Positions 1 to 8,825 of a stretch of DNA of 64,000 nt are shown here, one piece after another. The stretch is from Geopsychrobacteraceae bacterium (lineage in GTDB: Bacteria > Desulfobacterota > Desulfuromonadia > Desulfuromonadales > Geopsychrobacteraceae): contig OY759353.1 of assembly GCA_963662315.1 (NCBI GenBank), forward strand, positions 3,104,001-3,168,000, written 5' to 3'. Position 1 is the first letter of the stretch, and every line of letters starts with the position of its first letter. The translations under genes and the position numbers were made by a program. Below the pieces are notes generated by a model. That model worked only from the letters and a program-made list of their open reading frames with translations. It was not told where the DNA came from and made no database searches.

Positions 1-444
1 CCCGGTTTCGTAATCTTCGGCAGCGATGCCAACCGCATGAGCCTTGATGCGCAGATTGATATCCTTGGTGACCAGCACCGTTGCATATGGCGAGCGCTGT
101 TTCTCCTGCAGGGCCAGAGCCAGAATCTGGTGATCCGCGCAGGGACTGCGGAGTTCATGAGGGAGTTGTTCGAGGCAGTTATCTCGCGTCACGACGACTC
201 GCAAGCGGCCACCGTTATCGAGCGGGACACCGCCATTGGTCAGGACCCCTTTGCAGCGTAAACGATCCAGATCTCGTGAAACCTGCCTGGCGTTGCGGCC
301 ATTTTCACTGGCGTCCTTTTTAAACCGGTCAAGTTCTTCAATAACGGGCAGGGGCAGAATAACTTCATTGTCGGCAAAGCTGAAGAGGGAATTGGCATCG
401 TGAAGCAGAACATTGGTGTCAAGAAGGAATGATTTTTTGGTCAA
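1..444 (-). CDS. PhoH-family protein with N-terminal PIN domain (PhoH2/YlaK type); partial, runs off the window start
   Basis: Not in ORF track. Translated manually from TTG at 444 (AGGAGG upstream): MTKKSFLLDTNVLLHD...PLPVIEELDRFKK...GRNARQVSR...ADHQILALA...VLVTKDINLRIKA, the PIN motifs typical of PhoH2 proteins. Confidence 0.88.
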   Translation of the reverse strand, partial: MTKKSFLLDTNVLLHDANSLFSFADNEVILPLPVIEELDRFKKDASENGRNARQVSRDLDRLRCKGVLTNGGVPLDNGGRLRVVVTRDNCLEQLPHELRSPCADHQILALALQEKQRSPYATVLVTKDINLRIKAHAVGIAAEDYETG

Positions 445-489
445 CGTTGGCCTCCTGGATTAAATTTTGCGGCCATTGTGCGAACCAAT

Positions 490-541
490 TGTTAAGAAAA
501 GATATGAGCTGTGTAAGATTCCGGCTAACAGATTACTGACA
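490..541. promoter_or_regulatory. Putative Pho-box-like repeats in the divergent phoH/ligase intergenic region
   Basis: CTAACA (525) and CTGACA (536) are 11 bp apart on +. CTTACA (517-512) and TTAACA (495-490) are 22 bp apart on -. Same unit as upstream of pstS. Confidence 0.5.
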
Positions 542-613
542 TGGCGGACATCAAACCCAAATATATGACGAGCACAGTCACTCGGCAACAAGCAAAGGAG
601 TGACACAGACGTC

Positions 614-3064
614 ATGTCTCGAAACATCACATCTCTCAGCGCTGCTGAGCTCAAGGTTCCGGCCGATCTGGAAAGCTGTTTTTCTGTGTTAGGCTTCAGC
701 GCCGATCATGCCGATATGACTTCGTTACCATTTGGCTCCAATGACATTACTGCAGGTAGTGAAACCGAGCTCCAGGCTGTTGTTATCGGCAGCAGGGATC
801 AGGTTGATTTGCCGCAGGAGATCGAACAGTCGCGTTTTTTCGCCAACCTGCAACGGCGTACCCGCAGCGGCGAAGCTCCTGAACATGCCCTGACGGCGCT
901 TACGGAGTTTCTGGCCAGCAACAAACACAAGGTCTGGGAGAACAGTTGGGTGCGCTTTCCCCGCCGCTGTCTGTCGAAATATGCGGAAACTGTTTTTCAG
1001 ATAGACCTGCGGGCCGATAAACAGAATCCTCAGTCCGGTTTGCGCAGTGACGCTGAGCGTTTTCAGCTTGTGAGCGAAGGAGGGGAGCAGCTCCTGCGGG
1101 TGCCGGTCAGTTACCTGTTGAAACTGGCTCTGGCGGATCTGCTGGGCAACCAGTGGTTACCCAAGGAGTTGCACCTTATTGGTGAAGAGTTGCTGGAGCA
1201 TTTTTTAAGTGACAATACCTCACCAGAGACCTTTTCGTTTCATGTGGAACAGCTGAACCAGCAAGATGGTATGGGAGCCAGTCTGGCGCGGGAAACGGCC
1301 AAACGCTTTTTGTTTACCCAGCTGCTGGTGCACTATGCCAATATCAATTTCGGCTTGCTTGAACATGGGCAGCGGGCGCTGATCTATTTTGCGCCCCACC
1401 CACCGTTGCGCCAGAAAGCCCTTAATGACATGGTGCCCGATACGTTTTACCGGCAGCTGTTCATGAGCCCGTGCCTGTCTGGCTGGAACCAGGGGGAAGG
1501 CAAGCACAGTTATATGCAGCTGTGTCATCAGGTGTTAAGCCGCAGTCAGCTCAATGCGGTGGCCAAACTGCGTGAAGCGGGTATCATCACCAACAATCTG
1601 GTGGTGTTGCCGAATGTGTCCAATACCAGCCTGGCAAATAATGGTGTGCATATCAGTCTTGGCAGCCGGCGTTTGACCGAAGCCTGTAAACAGCTGGATG
1701 GCTACGGACCGGCTCAGGAAAAGTTTGTCGGGGATCTGGCCTGCAAAATCATGGAGCATTTTTTACCCCTGTTTGCGACAACCTACAGTGCCGCGCCCTA
1801 TCGTCTTGATTTTTCTGACTTTCATCCTGAAAAAGCGCTTGGCTTTCTTCCCCACCAACTCGATTTCACCCATTTGCGCATGCTCTGGCGGCGCTGGAAG
1901 AAAAAAGCCAGTCTGTCCTTTTTCGGGCATGCCCTGACCCCGTTTGGCCCACCCCGTTTTGACCGTTTACTTAGCCGCAGCTTTGCCATGCGTGGCGACC
2001 TGGTCCCCGATTTTCGGCTGCTCGATTACCCGGTCTGTTTTTTAAGTAGCGATCAGAGCCCGGCCTATAACGGTCGCTTGGGCAATCAGGATCAGCTCAA
2101 GGATGATCTGACCGATATGGGAGTATTTGATCGCCAGATGTCCCTCTATCAGTTTTTCAAGCTGCGTGAATTTGGCAGCATGGGCTTCAGCGGTTTTGAG
2201 GGGCGTCATTACAGCCTGTTTCCCGATTTTGAGCGGGATATGGGGGCGGCGACCAATCTGCAGGTACTGATCACCGCCCTGGCCTTCAGGTATATGGCCA
2301 GTGGCCAGGTGCGTCACCGCTTTATTCCTGATACTCCCTTTGTGGAAAGTGAACGGCGCCAGATATTTTTTGCCAAGGCTATCGGCATTCCGACCTTTTA
2401 TGTCCTGAAAAATACCCGGAACCGGTTTCTGCTCAAGGTTCTTAAATGTACCGGACGCATCAGGGCCAGCCGGCGCTATCCAGGTTATTTGCGCGTCTAC
2501 CACCACGATTACTGCAAAGGGTTGATTGCTCTGTTACGGCAGGATGCCGGTGACCTGATTGAACAGTTCGGCTTCACGGATCTGATTCATGATCTCTGGT
2601 TACGCCTGGATCAGCCCGCTGAATTTTCAGCTTCGGGGCGCTTGATCGCCGGTATTAGCGGCGCTGACAGAAAAAATCCCCTTAAACAGGATGCTCGGGA
2701 ATTCAATCAGGCTGCCGAAACCTATTATCGTGAAGACCTGCGTCAGCAGCATCTGCAGCAGGCCTTTGGCATTATCCAGAACGACCTGGCCCGGATCGAT
2801 AGCAATACCTCGGCTGACCATGGTTGTCGTGAGATGCTGCGCGACATCATGCAGGACAAAAGTGTTCAAACCTTTGCCAGAGCCGTAGAGGCCGATGTTT
2901 ATGCTGACCGGCTGGGGCGGCAACCCCTTAAACGGCTGCTGAACCTGCTGTTGCTGATTGAGTATCGTGACCGACGGTATCTTTCCGGAGGAAACTCTTT
3001 ATTACAGGAACGCTATGGAACTGACTCATCAATACATCGAGCGCACGAGCGGGCGTGTTTGTGA
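614..3064 (+). CDS. Hypothetical 816-aa protein; putative carboxylate-amine ligase (glutamate-cysteine ligase/glutamine synthetase fold)
   Basis: Long ORF with AAGGAG upstream. Motifs ITAGSETELQAVV, NNGVHISLG and GFEGR resemble the GxExE, GxHxHx and ExR motifs of GCS-fold ligases. ORF is secure; function is inferred. Confidence 0.6.
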   Translation: MSRNITSLSAAELKVPADLESCFSVLGFSADHADMTSLPFGSNDITAGSETELQAVVIGSRDQVDLPQEIEQSRFFANLQRRTRSGEAPEHALTALTEFLASNKHKVWENSWVRFPRRCLSKYAETVFQIDLRADKQNPQSGLRSDAERFQLVSEGGEQLLRVPVSYLLKLALADLLGNQWLPKELHLIGEELLEHFLSDNTSPETFSFHVEQLNQQDGMGASLARETAKRFLFTQLLVHYANINFGLLEHGQRALIYFAPHPPLRQKALNDMVPDTFYRQLFMSPCLSGWNQGEGKHSYMQLCHQVLSRSQLNAVAKLREAGIITNNLVVLPNVSNTSLANNGVHISLGSRRLTEACKQLDGYGPAQEKFVGDLACKIMEHFLPLFATTYSAAPYRLDFSDFHPEKALGFLPHQLDFTHLRMLWRRWKKKASLSFFGHALTPFGPPRFDRLLSRSFAMRGDLVPDFRLLDYPVCFLSSDQSPAYNGRLGNQDQLKDDLTDMGVFDRQMSLYQFFKLREFGSMGFSGFEGRHYSLFPDFERDMGAATNLQVLITALAFRYMASGQVRHRFIPDTPFVESERRQIFFAKAIGIPTFYVLKNTRNRFLLKVLKCTGRIRASRRYPGYLRVYHHDYCKGLIALLRQDAGDLIEQFGFTDLIHDLWLRLDQPAEFSASGRLIAGISGADRKNPLKQDAREFNQAAETYYREDLRQQHLQQAFGIIQNDLARIDSNTSADHGCREMLRDIMQDKSVQTFARAVEADVYADRLGRQPLKRLLNLLLLIEYRDRRYLSGGNSLLQERYGTDSSIHRAHERACL

Positions 3065-4043
3065 CGAACCTCTTTTCGGAGACAGGATCGTTCGCTGGCT
3101 TTATCACCCCCTACGCGAAAATGCCCCCGGCCTGTTTCGCCTGTTTACCGGCCCGCGCACATCGCAAGTTTTGGGACTGCTTAATTACGATCTTGCTCTG
3201 GCGACGCGCATTTGCGGAAATAGCCGGTTTCTGCGTGAAGTTGGCGGGGATTTAGCTGAATGCCTTGACCCTCCCCATACACTGAACACGGCCCGTAAAG
3301 TGTTTGAACGGAAAATTCGCTACTGGAGTTGCCGTCCCATGCCGCTCGAAGACGCTGCCGTTGTTTCTCCGGCCGATGCTCGGGTGATCATCGGAACCCT
3401 TGCCCGGCAGCAGCAATTTGAAATCAAAGGGAAGTTTTTCAGTATTGATGAACTGCTGGGAATCCATAGTCCGTGGCTTGATGTTTTTCGGCACGGGGAT
3501 TTTGCGATTTTTCGCCTGACTCCGGATAAATATCATTACAACCACCTGCCGGTTTCCGGTGAAATAGTCGATATTTATGCCTTGGATGGTGCGTTTCATT
3601 CATGTAATCCACAAGCGATTGTCACTGAAGTGACTCCGCTGTCCAAAAATCGGCGCGTGGTAACGATTATTGATACCGATGCCCCCGGTGGCAGCCAGGT
3701 TGGGAAGGTGGCGATGCTGGAAATCGTTGCTCTGATGATCGGGGACATTGTTCAGGCCTACAGTTCCGAGCGCTATGCAGAGCCACAAGACTTGAAACCG
3801 GGGATGTTCGTGACCAAAGGGGCGCCGAAAAGTCTCTACCGCCCCGGCAGCAGTACCGATGTGGTGTTGTTTGAACCGCAACGTATCCGTTTTGCATCTG
3901 ACCTGGTGCAAAATCAGCAGCGCCGTGATGTTAACAGTCGTTTTTGTTCCGGCTTCATGCAGCCTTTGGTCGAAACAGATATTCAGGTCAGGTCTTTGCT
4001 GGCCTGGCCAAAATCATTTATCGCGGAGGAGCGCCATGCTTAA
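3015..4043 (+). CDS. psd: Phosphatidylserine decarboxylase family proenzyme
   Basis: VVSPADAR (Asp), FRLTPDKYHYNHLP (His) and PGSST autocleavage motif. Start moved to ATG 3015. Confidence 0.85.
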   Translation: MELTHQYIERTSGRVCDEPLFGDRIVRWLYHPLRENAPGLFRLFTGPRTSQVLGLLNYDLALATRICGNSRFLREVGGDLAECLDPPHTLNTARKVFERKIRYWSCRPMPLEDAAVVSPADARVIIGTLARQQQFEIKGKFFSIDELLGIHSPWLDVFRHGDFAIFRLTPDKYHYNHLPVSGEIVDIYALDGAFHSCNPQAIVTEVTPLSKNRRVVTIIDTDAPGGSQVGKVAMLEIVALMIGDIVQAYSSERYAEPQDLKPGMFVTKGAPKSLYRPGSSTDVVLFEPQRIRFASDLVQNQQRRDVNSRFCSGFMQPLVETDIQVRSLLAWPKSFIAEERHA

Positions 4044-5082
4044 TGAGCTGTTTGTCGGAATCCTTTTCTTGCTGTTTGGTGCCATGCTGATCTGGGGGTT
4101 TAGGGTTTTGCCTCGAGATGGCTGGCAGATGCTGGCGACTGTGCCGCTTAAACCCCTTGGTAATGGCCAGTGGCAGGGAGTTAACCTGACCTGGTACGGG
4201 CTGTTGACGGCCAATGCCTATCTGGTTGCCTTGTCCTTGCTGCTGATCCTGCTTGGGGCGGCACGGGTTCCTTTAAGTGGTGTCATGCTGGTTGCGGTAC
4301 TGCTACTGGGGGTTTGTGTGCCCGCGTCACGTCTGGTGGCCAGAATCGTTGAAGGTAAAGCGCACACCTTTACCGTTGGCGGTGCGGTCTTTGTTGGTAT
4401 CCTGGTTGCTCCCTGGATTGTTGTCCTGGTCTCCTGGATCACCAAACAGTATTTAGCGGTAGCCACGGTGCTGGCGGCCATCGCCATTGCTTACTCCTTT
4501 GGTGAAGGCTTGGGTCGCTTGGGGTGCATCAGTTTCGGCTGTTGTTATGGCAAGCCGGTCAAGGAGTGCAGCAGCCGTTATCAGCAGTTATTGCGGCGCT
4601 GGCATTTTGCTTTTCACGGCGAAACCAGAAAAATTGCCTATGCCAGTGGCCTGGAAGGTGAGCCGGTGGTGCCGGTACAGGCGATGACCGCTATCCTCTA
4701 TGTCGGCTGTGGTTTGGTGGCGATGGAACTGTTTTTATCCGGCTATAGCGCGACCGCTTTCGTGCTGGTCTTGCTCGTGACGCAATTGTGGCGGGTCTTT
4801 TCAGAGTTTATACGCGCTGATTTTCGTGGTGAACGCAGGTTTTCCATCTATCAGTGGATGGGCATCATTGCCATTCCTTACGCATTGGCCGTCAGCTATT
4901 ACTTCTACACCACCGAGACTGTAACTGAGATTCCCGACTTGGCTGTCGGGTTGAGCGAAATTTGGCAGCCAGGCGCTTTGTTGTTCCTGCAGTTGATCTG
5001 GATCCTGCTGTTTATCTATACTGGTCGGAGCAGCGTGACGGGAGCGAATCTGAGTTTCCACGTCCACCGGGATAGAATTTAA
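4036..5082 (+). CDS. Prolipoprotein diacylglyceryl transferase (Lgt)-family membrane protein, divergent
   Basis: Multiple TM segments; WYG, GRLGCISFGCCYG and RVFSEFIR motifs. GGAGG then ATG 4036, overlapping the psd stop. Confidence 0.8.
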   Translation: MLNELFVGILFLLFGAMLIWGFRVLPRDGWQMLATVPLKPLGNGQWQGVNLTWYGLLTANAYLVALSLLLILLGAARVPLSGVMLVAVLLLGVCVPASRLVARIVEGKAHTFTVGGAVFVGILVAPWIVVLVSWITKQYLAVATVLAAIAIAYSFGEGLGRLGCISFGCCYGKPVKECSSRYQQLLRRWHFAFHGETRKIAYASGLEGEPVVPVQAMTAILYVGCGLVAMELFLSGYSATAFVLVLLVTQLWRVFSEFIRADFRGERRFSIYQWMGIIAIPYALAVSYYFYTTETVTEIPDLAVGLSEIWQPGALLFLQLIWILLFIYTGRSSVTGANLSFHVHRDRI

Positions 5083-5113
5083 AAGATAATTGCAGGCAGG
5101 CCATCAGAAAATA

Positions 5114-5593
5114 ATGAAGTGGTTTAAAAAGCGAATAAATGCGCTCTCGACTTTGATAAAAGACCTGTTGTCCCAAGGGCTGACGAGACAGCAGGTCAGC
5201 CTGGCGCTGGTGGTCGGGATCAGTGTTGGTTGTATGCCGCTGCTAGGAGGGACCAGTCTCCTGTGCATGCTGATTGCTTATCTTCTGCGCCTTAACCAGG
5301 TATTGGTACAGCTGGCCAATTACCTGGTTTATCCGTTGCAAATTCTCCTGTTCATCCCGTTTTTAAAGGCGGGAGGGTGGCTGTTTGTATCATCCTCCGC
5401 TGCCGATCTTCAGGTGTCTTCAGCTATATCTCTGCTCAAGTCAGTACCCGGCGCGTTTTTTCAGCAGTTCTGGGTGCTCAATCTGCAGGCCCTGGTCGTC
5501 TGGCTGCTGACCCTGCCTTTGGTGGCCTGTGCCCTCTACCTTGGTATTTCTTACCGTATCAACAAACAGCATTCATCAACAGCTGGTCAATAG
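5114..5593 (+). CDS. DUF2062-family membrane protein
   Basis: QVSLALVVGISVGCMPLLG...LRLNQ...NYLVYPLQILL pattern; hydrophobic. Confidence 0.75.
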   Translation: MKWFKKRINALSTLIKDLLSQGLTRQQVSLALVVGISVGCMPLLGGTSLLCMLIAYLLRLNQVLVQLANYLVYPLQILLFIPFLKAGGWLFVSSSAADLQVSSAISLLKSVPGAFFQQFWVLNLQALVVWLLTLPLVACALYLGISYRINKQHSSTAGQ

Positions 5594-5690
5594 TCCCGAT
5601 CCATAGCTGTCTGGACTAGCCCTTTGTCCGGAGCTTCATCGCCCTTCATAAACCATGGTAAAAAACCGGCTAATATTTCTGCAGCAAAAT

Positions 5691-5750
5691 TAAATCCCTA
5701 CCAAAATAATGTATAATCGAAAAATAAACTTGACTAATTTAATACTAAAT
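5691..5750 (+). promoter_or_regulatory. cysK promoter region with two possible Rrf2 (IscR/CymR)-type sites
   Basis: TAAATCCCTACCAAAATAATGTATA (5691) and ATAAACTTGACTAATTTAATACTAAAT (5724); the second overlaps a TTGACT -35 element. Confidence 0.4.
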
Positions 5751-5890
5751 ACTATTTTTTAAAAATGTTACACGAAAAGTCACAATTGGATTCGTCATAT
5801 TAAACAATCGGATCATTGCCACCGGGAGATCTTGAATGGCAATGGACAAGTCTTCAGATTGGAAACCAGATAACCTATAGAGGTGATGGC

Positions 5891-6850
5891 ATGAGTCAGA
5901 TTTATCAGGATAATTCGTTGTCGATCGGTAATACTCCGCTGGTGCGTTTAAATCGTCTTGTTCCGGAAGGAGGAGCGACAGTGCTGGCCAAAGTTGAAGG
6001 GCGCAACCCTGCTTACAGTGTTAAATGCCGGATTGGAGCCAATATGATCTGGGATGCTGAAAAGAAAGGGCTACTAGGTCCCGGCAAAGAGCTGATTGAG
6101 CCGACCAGTGGCAATACCGGTATCGCTCTGGCTTTTGCGGCAGCGGCACGCGGTATTCCAATTACTCTGACCATGCCGGAAACCATGAGTATTGAACGGC
6201 GAAAAGTGCTGCAGGTGTTTGGTGCCAAGCTGGAACTTACTCCGGGGAACAAAGGCATGGGGGGCGCTATTGCTCGCGCCGAAGAGATTGCCAAGTCGGA
6301 CCCGGATCGCTATGTGCTACTGCATCAGTTTAACAACCCGGCTAACCCTGAAATTCACCAGAAAACCACCGGACCGGAGATCTGGGACGCGACAGAAGGC
6401 AAGGTTGATGTGCTGATTTCGGGGGTTGGAACCGGCGGGACCATTACCGGCATTTCCCGTTATTTTGAAAGCGACCGGGGCCAGAGCCTTCATTCCGTTG
6501 CCGTGGAACCAGCGGAAAGTCCGGTCATTACCCAGCATCTTAAGGGAGAATCACTGACCCCTGGACCGCACAAGATTCAGGGTATCGGTGCCGGTTTTAT
6601 TCCGGCGACTCTCGATGTGAGCCTGATTGACCAAGTGGAACAGGTGACCAGTGACGAAGCGCTAACCATGGCCCGGCGTCTGGCTTTGGAAGAAGGTATC
6701 CTGGCCGGTATCAGCTGCGGCGCGGCGGTCGTTGCTGCTGTTCGCCTGGCTGCTCAAGAACAGTTCAAGGGCAAAACCATTGTGGTTGTGCTCCCCGATT
6801 CTGGTGAACGCTATCTGACCTCACCGTTGTTTGCCGATATTACCGCCTGA
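5891..6850 (+). CDS. cysK: Cysteine synthase A
   Basis: [16 protein letters not shown] (PLP lysine), [32 protein letters not shown]. Confidence 0.97.
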   Translation: MSQIYQDNSLSIGNTPLVRLNRLVPEGGATVLAKVEGRNPAYSVKCRIGANMIWDAEKKGLLGPGKELIEPTSGNTGIALAFAAAARGIPITLTMPETMSIERRKVLQVFGAKLELTPGNKGMGGAIARAEEIAKSDPDRYVLLHQFNNPANPEIHQKTTGPEIWDATEGKVDVLISGVGTGGTITGISRYFESDRGQSLHSVAVEPAESPVITQHLKGESLTPGPHKIQGIGAGFIPATLDVSLIDQVEQVTSDEALTMARRLALEEGILAGISCGAAVVAAVRLAAQEQFKGKTIVVVLPDSGERYLTSPLFADITA

Positions 6851-6910
6851 AAAGAGTGAACGATGTTGCGCTTGGCAGTTGGGCGATAGATAACCCCAAT
6901 GGAGAGAAAC

Positions 6911-8050
6911 GTGAACTACCACCTGGATACTCAACTGGCTCAGCTGGGCAATCATAGCGACCCGCAAACCGGTGCCATAAGCTGCGCCATTACACCCAGT
7001 GCAACCTATCGTCATCCGGGGGTCGGCCAATCGACCGGTTTTGACTACAGCCGCAGCGGGAACCCGACGCGCCAGATCCTTGAACAGGGTCTGGCCGCGT
7101 TGGAAAACGGCGCCAGGGGGCTGGCTTTTACATCTGGAATGGCGGCCCTGACCACCCTGTTTCTCTATTTCAAGAGCGGCGATCACTTGATCGTCTCGCA
7201 GGATCTCTATGGTGGCACTTACCGGGTCCTCAACGGAATTTTCAAGCGCTACGGACTCAGTGCCAGCTATGTCGATGCAACCGACAGCGCTGCGGTCATT
7301 GCTGCTATCACGCCAGCCACGCGGGGGGTTTTGGTTGAATCACCGGGGAATCCGCTGCTGGGGATCGTCGACTTGGCCTCCCTGGCAGCTGAATGCCGTG
7401 AGCGTCAGCTGCTGTTTATGGTGGATAATACTTTTTTAACCCCGTTGCTGCAGCGCCCTCTTGATCTGGGTGCCGATGTGGTCATCCATTCGGCCACCAA
7501 GTTTATGGGCGGGCATAATGATTTATGTGCCGGGGTTCTGGTAGCCCGCGACGCGGGGCTTGGTGAAGAGCTATATTTTTTGCAGAACAGCACTGGTGGC
7601 GTGCTTTCACCGCAGGACAGCTGGCTGCTGATTCGTAGCCTGAAGACTTTGCCGTTGCGCCTTGAGCGCCAGTGCCAGACGGCAACCAAGCTGGCGAGCT
7701 GGCTGGCTCAGCACAGCGCGGTCCGCCAGGTCTACTTTCCTGGCCTGGAGAGTCATCCGGGACATGCTCTGGTCAAGCGTCAGGCGTCAGGTTTTGGAGC
7801 CATGCTCAGCTTCCGAGTCGATTCGCCCCAGCGGGCCCGCACCGCGTTGGAACGGATCCGCCTGATATCGTTTGCTGAAAGCTTGGGTGGGGTGGAGTCG
7901 CTGCTGACTCTGCCCGCAGTGCAGACTCACGGGGATATTCCCGAGGCTGAACGGCTTCGGCTCGGGATCGATGAATGCCTGTTGCGCTTATCGGTGGGGA
8001 TTGAGAATTGCGCTGATTTGCAGAAGGATTTGGCTCACGCTCTGTCCTGA
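6911..8050 (+). CDS. Cys/Met metabolism PLP enzyme (cystathionine gamma-synthase/beta-lyase family)
   Basis: YSRSGNPT, SGMAA, DLYGGT, VDNTFLTP, HSATKFMGGH, AESLGGVESL. GTG start after GGAGAG. Confidence 0.93.
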   Translation: MNYHLDTQLAQLGNHSDPQTGAISCAITPSATYRHPGVGQSTGFDYSRSGNPTRQILEQGLAALENGARGLAFTSGMAALTTLFLYFKSGDHLIVSQDLYGGTYRVLNGIFKRYGLSASYVDATDSAAVIAAITPATRGVLVESPGNPLLGIVDLASLAAECRERQLLFMVDNTFLTPLLQRPLDLGADVVIHSATKFMGGHNDLCAGVLVARDAGLGEELYFLQNSTGGVLSPQDSWLLIRSLKTLPLRLERQCQTATKLASWLAQHSAVRQVYFPGLESHPGHALVKRQASGFGAMLSFRVDSPQRARTALERIRLISFAESLGGVESLLTLPAVQTHGDIPEAERLRLGIDECLLRLSVGIENCADLQKDLAHALS

Positions 8051-8068
8051 CCAGCTGGCCAAGGATTT

Positions 8069-8467
8069 TCAGGCTACTTGGTACACAGCATGTGCTCTGG
8101 GTAAGGATGTTTCAAGCCGGTGTTGTTCGCGGGCTAACAGGCTGATAATCTTATGTTTCAGTGTGTGTTCATTGCTACCCAGCAACAATTTAATGCAGGC
8201 CCAGGCTAACGAGCGCTCCGGCTCATCTCCCGTGTCGGGACCAAAGGCACGTTTTCCGTCAAGAGAAACCTCTGCATGGGGTGTCAGAATATCGCCAAGT
8301 AAAAACTCATTGTCAAAAGCATCGAGCACCTGAGGCAGGCTTAACTGGCTTTTTTGTGTATTGTGAATTTCAATCGGAGTTTTTTCCAATAGCTCAAGAA
8401 GTTCACGCAGTGCTTCACGTGGCATATCGTTTATAACTGCAGTTTCCAGATGATCATATTCCTTCAT
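8069..8467 (-). CDS. PhnG-like protein (C-P lyase subunit homologue), orphan and possibly degenerate
   Basis: DAFDNEFLLGDILTPHAEVSLDGKRAFG...GDEPERSLAWAC resembles the PhnG core. AAAGGA RBS before ATG 8467. Confidence 0.55.
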   Translation of the reverse strand: MKEYDHLETAVINDMPREALRELLELLEKTPIEIHNTQKSQLSLPQVLDAFDNEFLLGDILTPHAEVSLDGKRAFGPDTGDEPERSLAWACIKLLLGSNEHTLKHKIISLLAREQHRLETSLPRAHAVYQVA

Positions 8468-8615
8468 ATAAAATTCCTTTCTCATTATTAATCTATCGAT
8501 TCTGTTCCAGACGACTATCTTAAAACTTGGTTCAGCTTGCATAAGAAGACGGTTAGAAAACTGTTAAAACGATACGTGACTGAGACCGTTGCAGAAAAAT
8601 TCAGCAGGGTAAATT

Positions 8616-8755
8616 CTGACACAATCCTCACATATCCCTAACAAAGGCAGGGCAAATTCTCGCCTGGTTGAGGCAAAAGCTTTGAAGCCAGGAAAATTCA
8701 GTCAAAAGCGGCTGATTTAGTGGAGTTCTTACATGGTGCTAACACAATCCTAACA
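8616..8755 (+). promoter_or_regulatory. Pho-box-like arrays (OmpR/PhoB-family direct repeats) upstream of pstS
   Basis: CTNACA at 8616, 8627, 8638 and at 8728, 8739, 8750: two triplets with an exact 11-bp period. Confidence 0.8.
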
Positions 8756-8825
8756 ATTGGTCTTCAAATTGTTAGCGCTGTAAGACGAAAAGACATTTTT
8801 GTTAACTAAAAGGAGAATTTTCATC

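Noticed and set aside
240..422. 60-aa minus-strand ORF ending in TGA, considered as possible readthrough
   Set aside because: Wrong frame; the real gene is PIN-PhoH in another frame, open from 444 to the window edge
8648..8695. GGGCAAA...GCAAAAGC, resembling a c-di-GMP-I (GEMM) riboswitch
   Set aside because: No GNRA-capped P1 or convincing P2; the region is better explained by the Pho-box arrays
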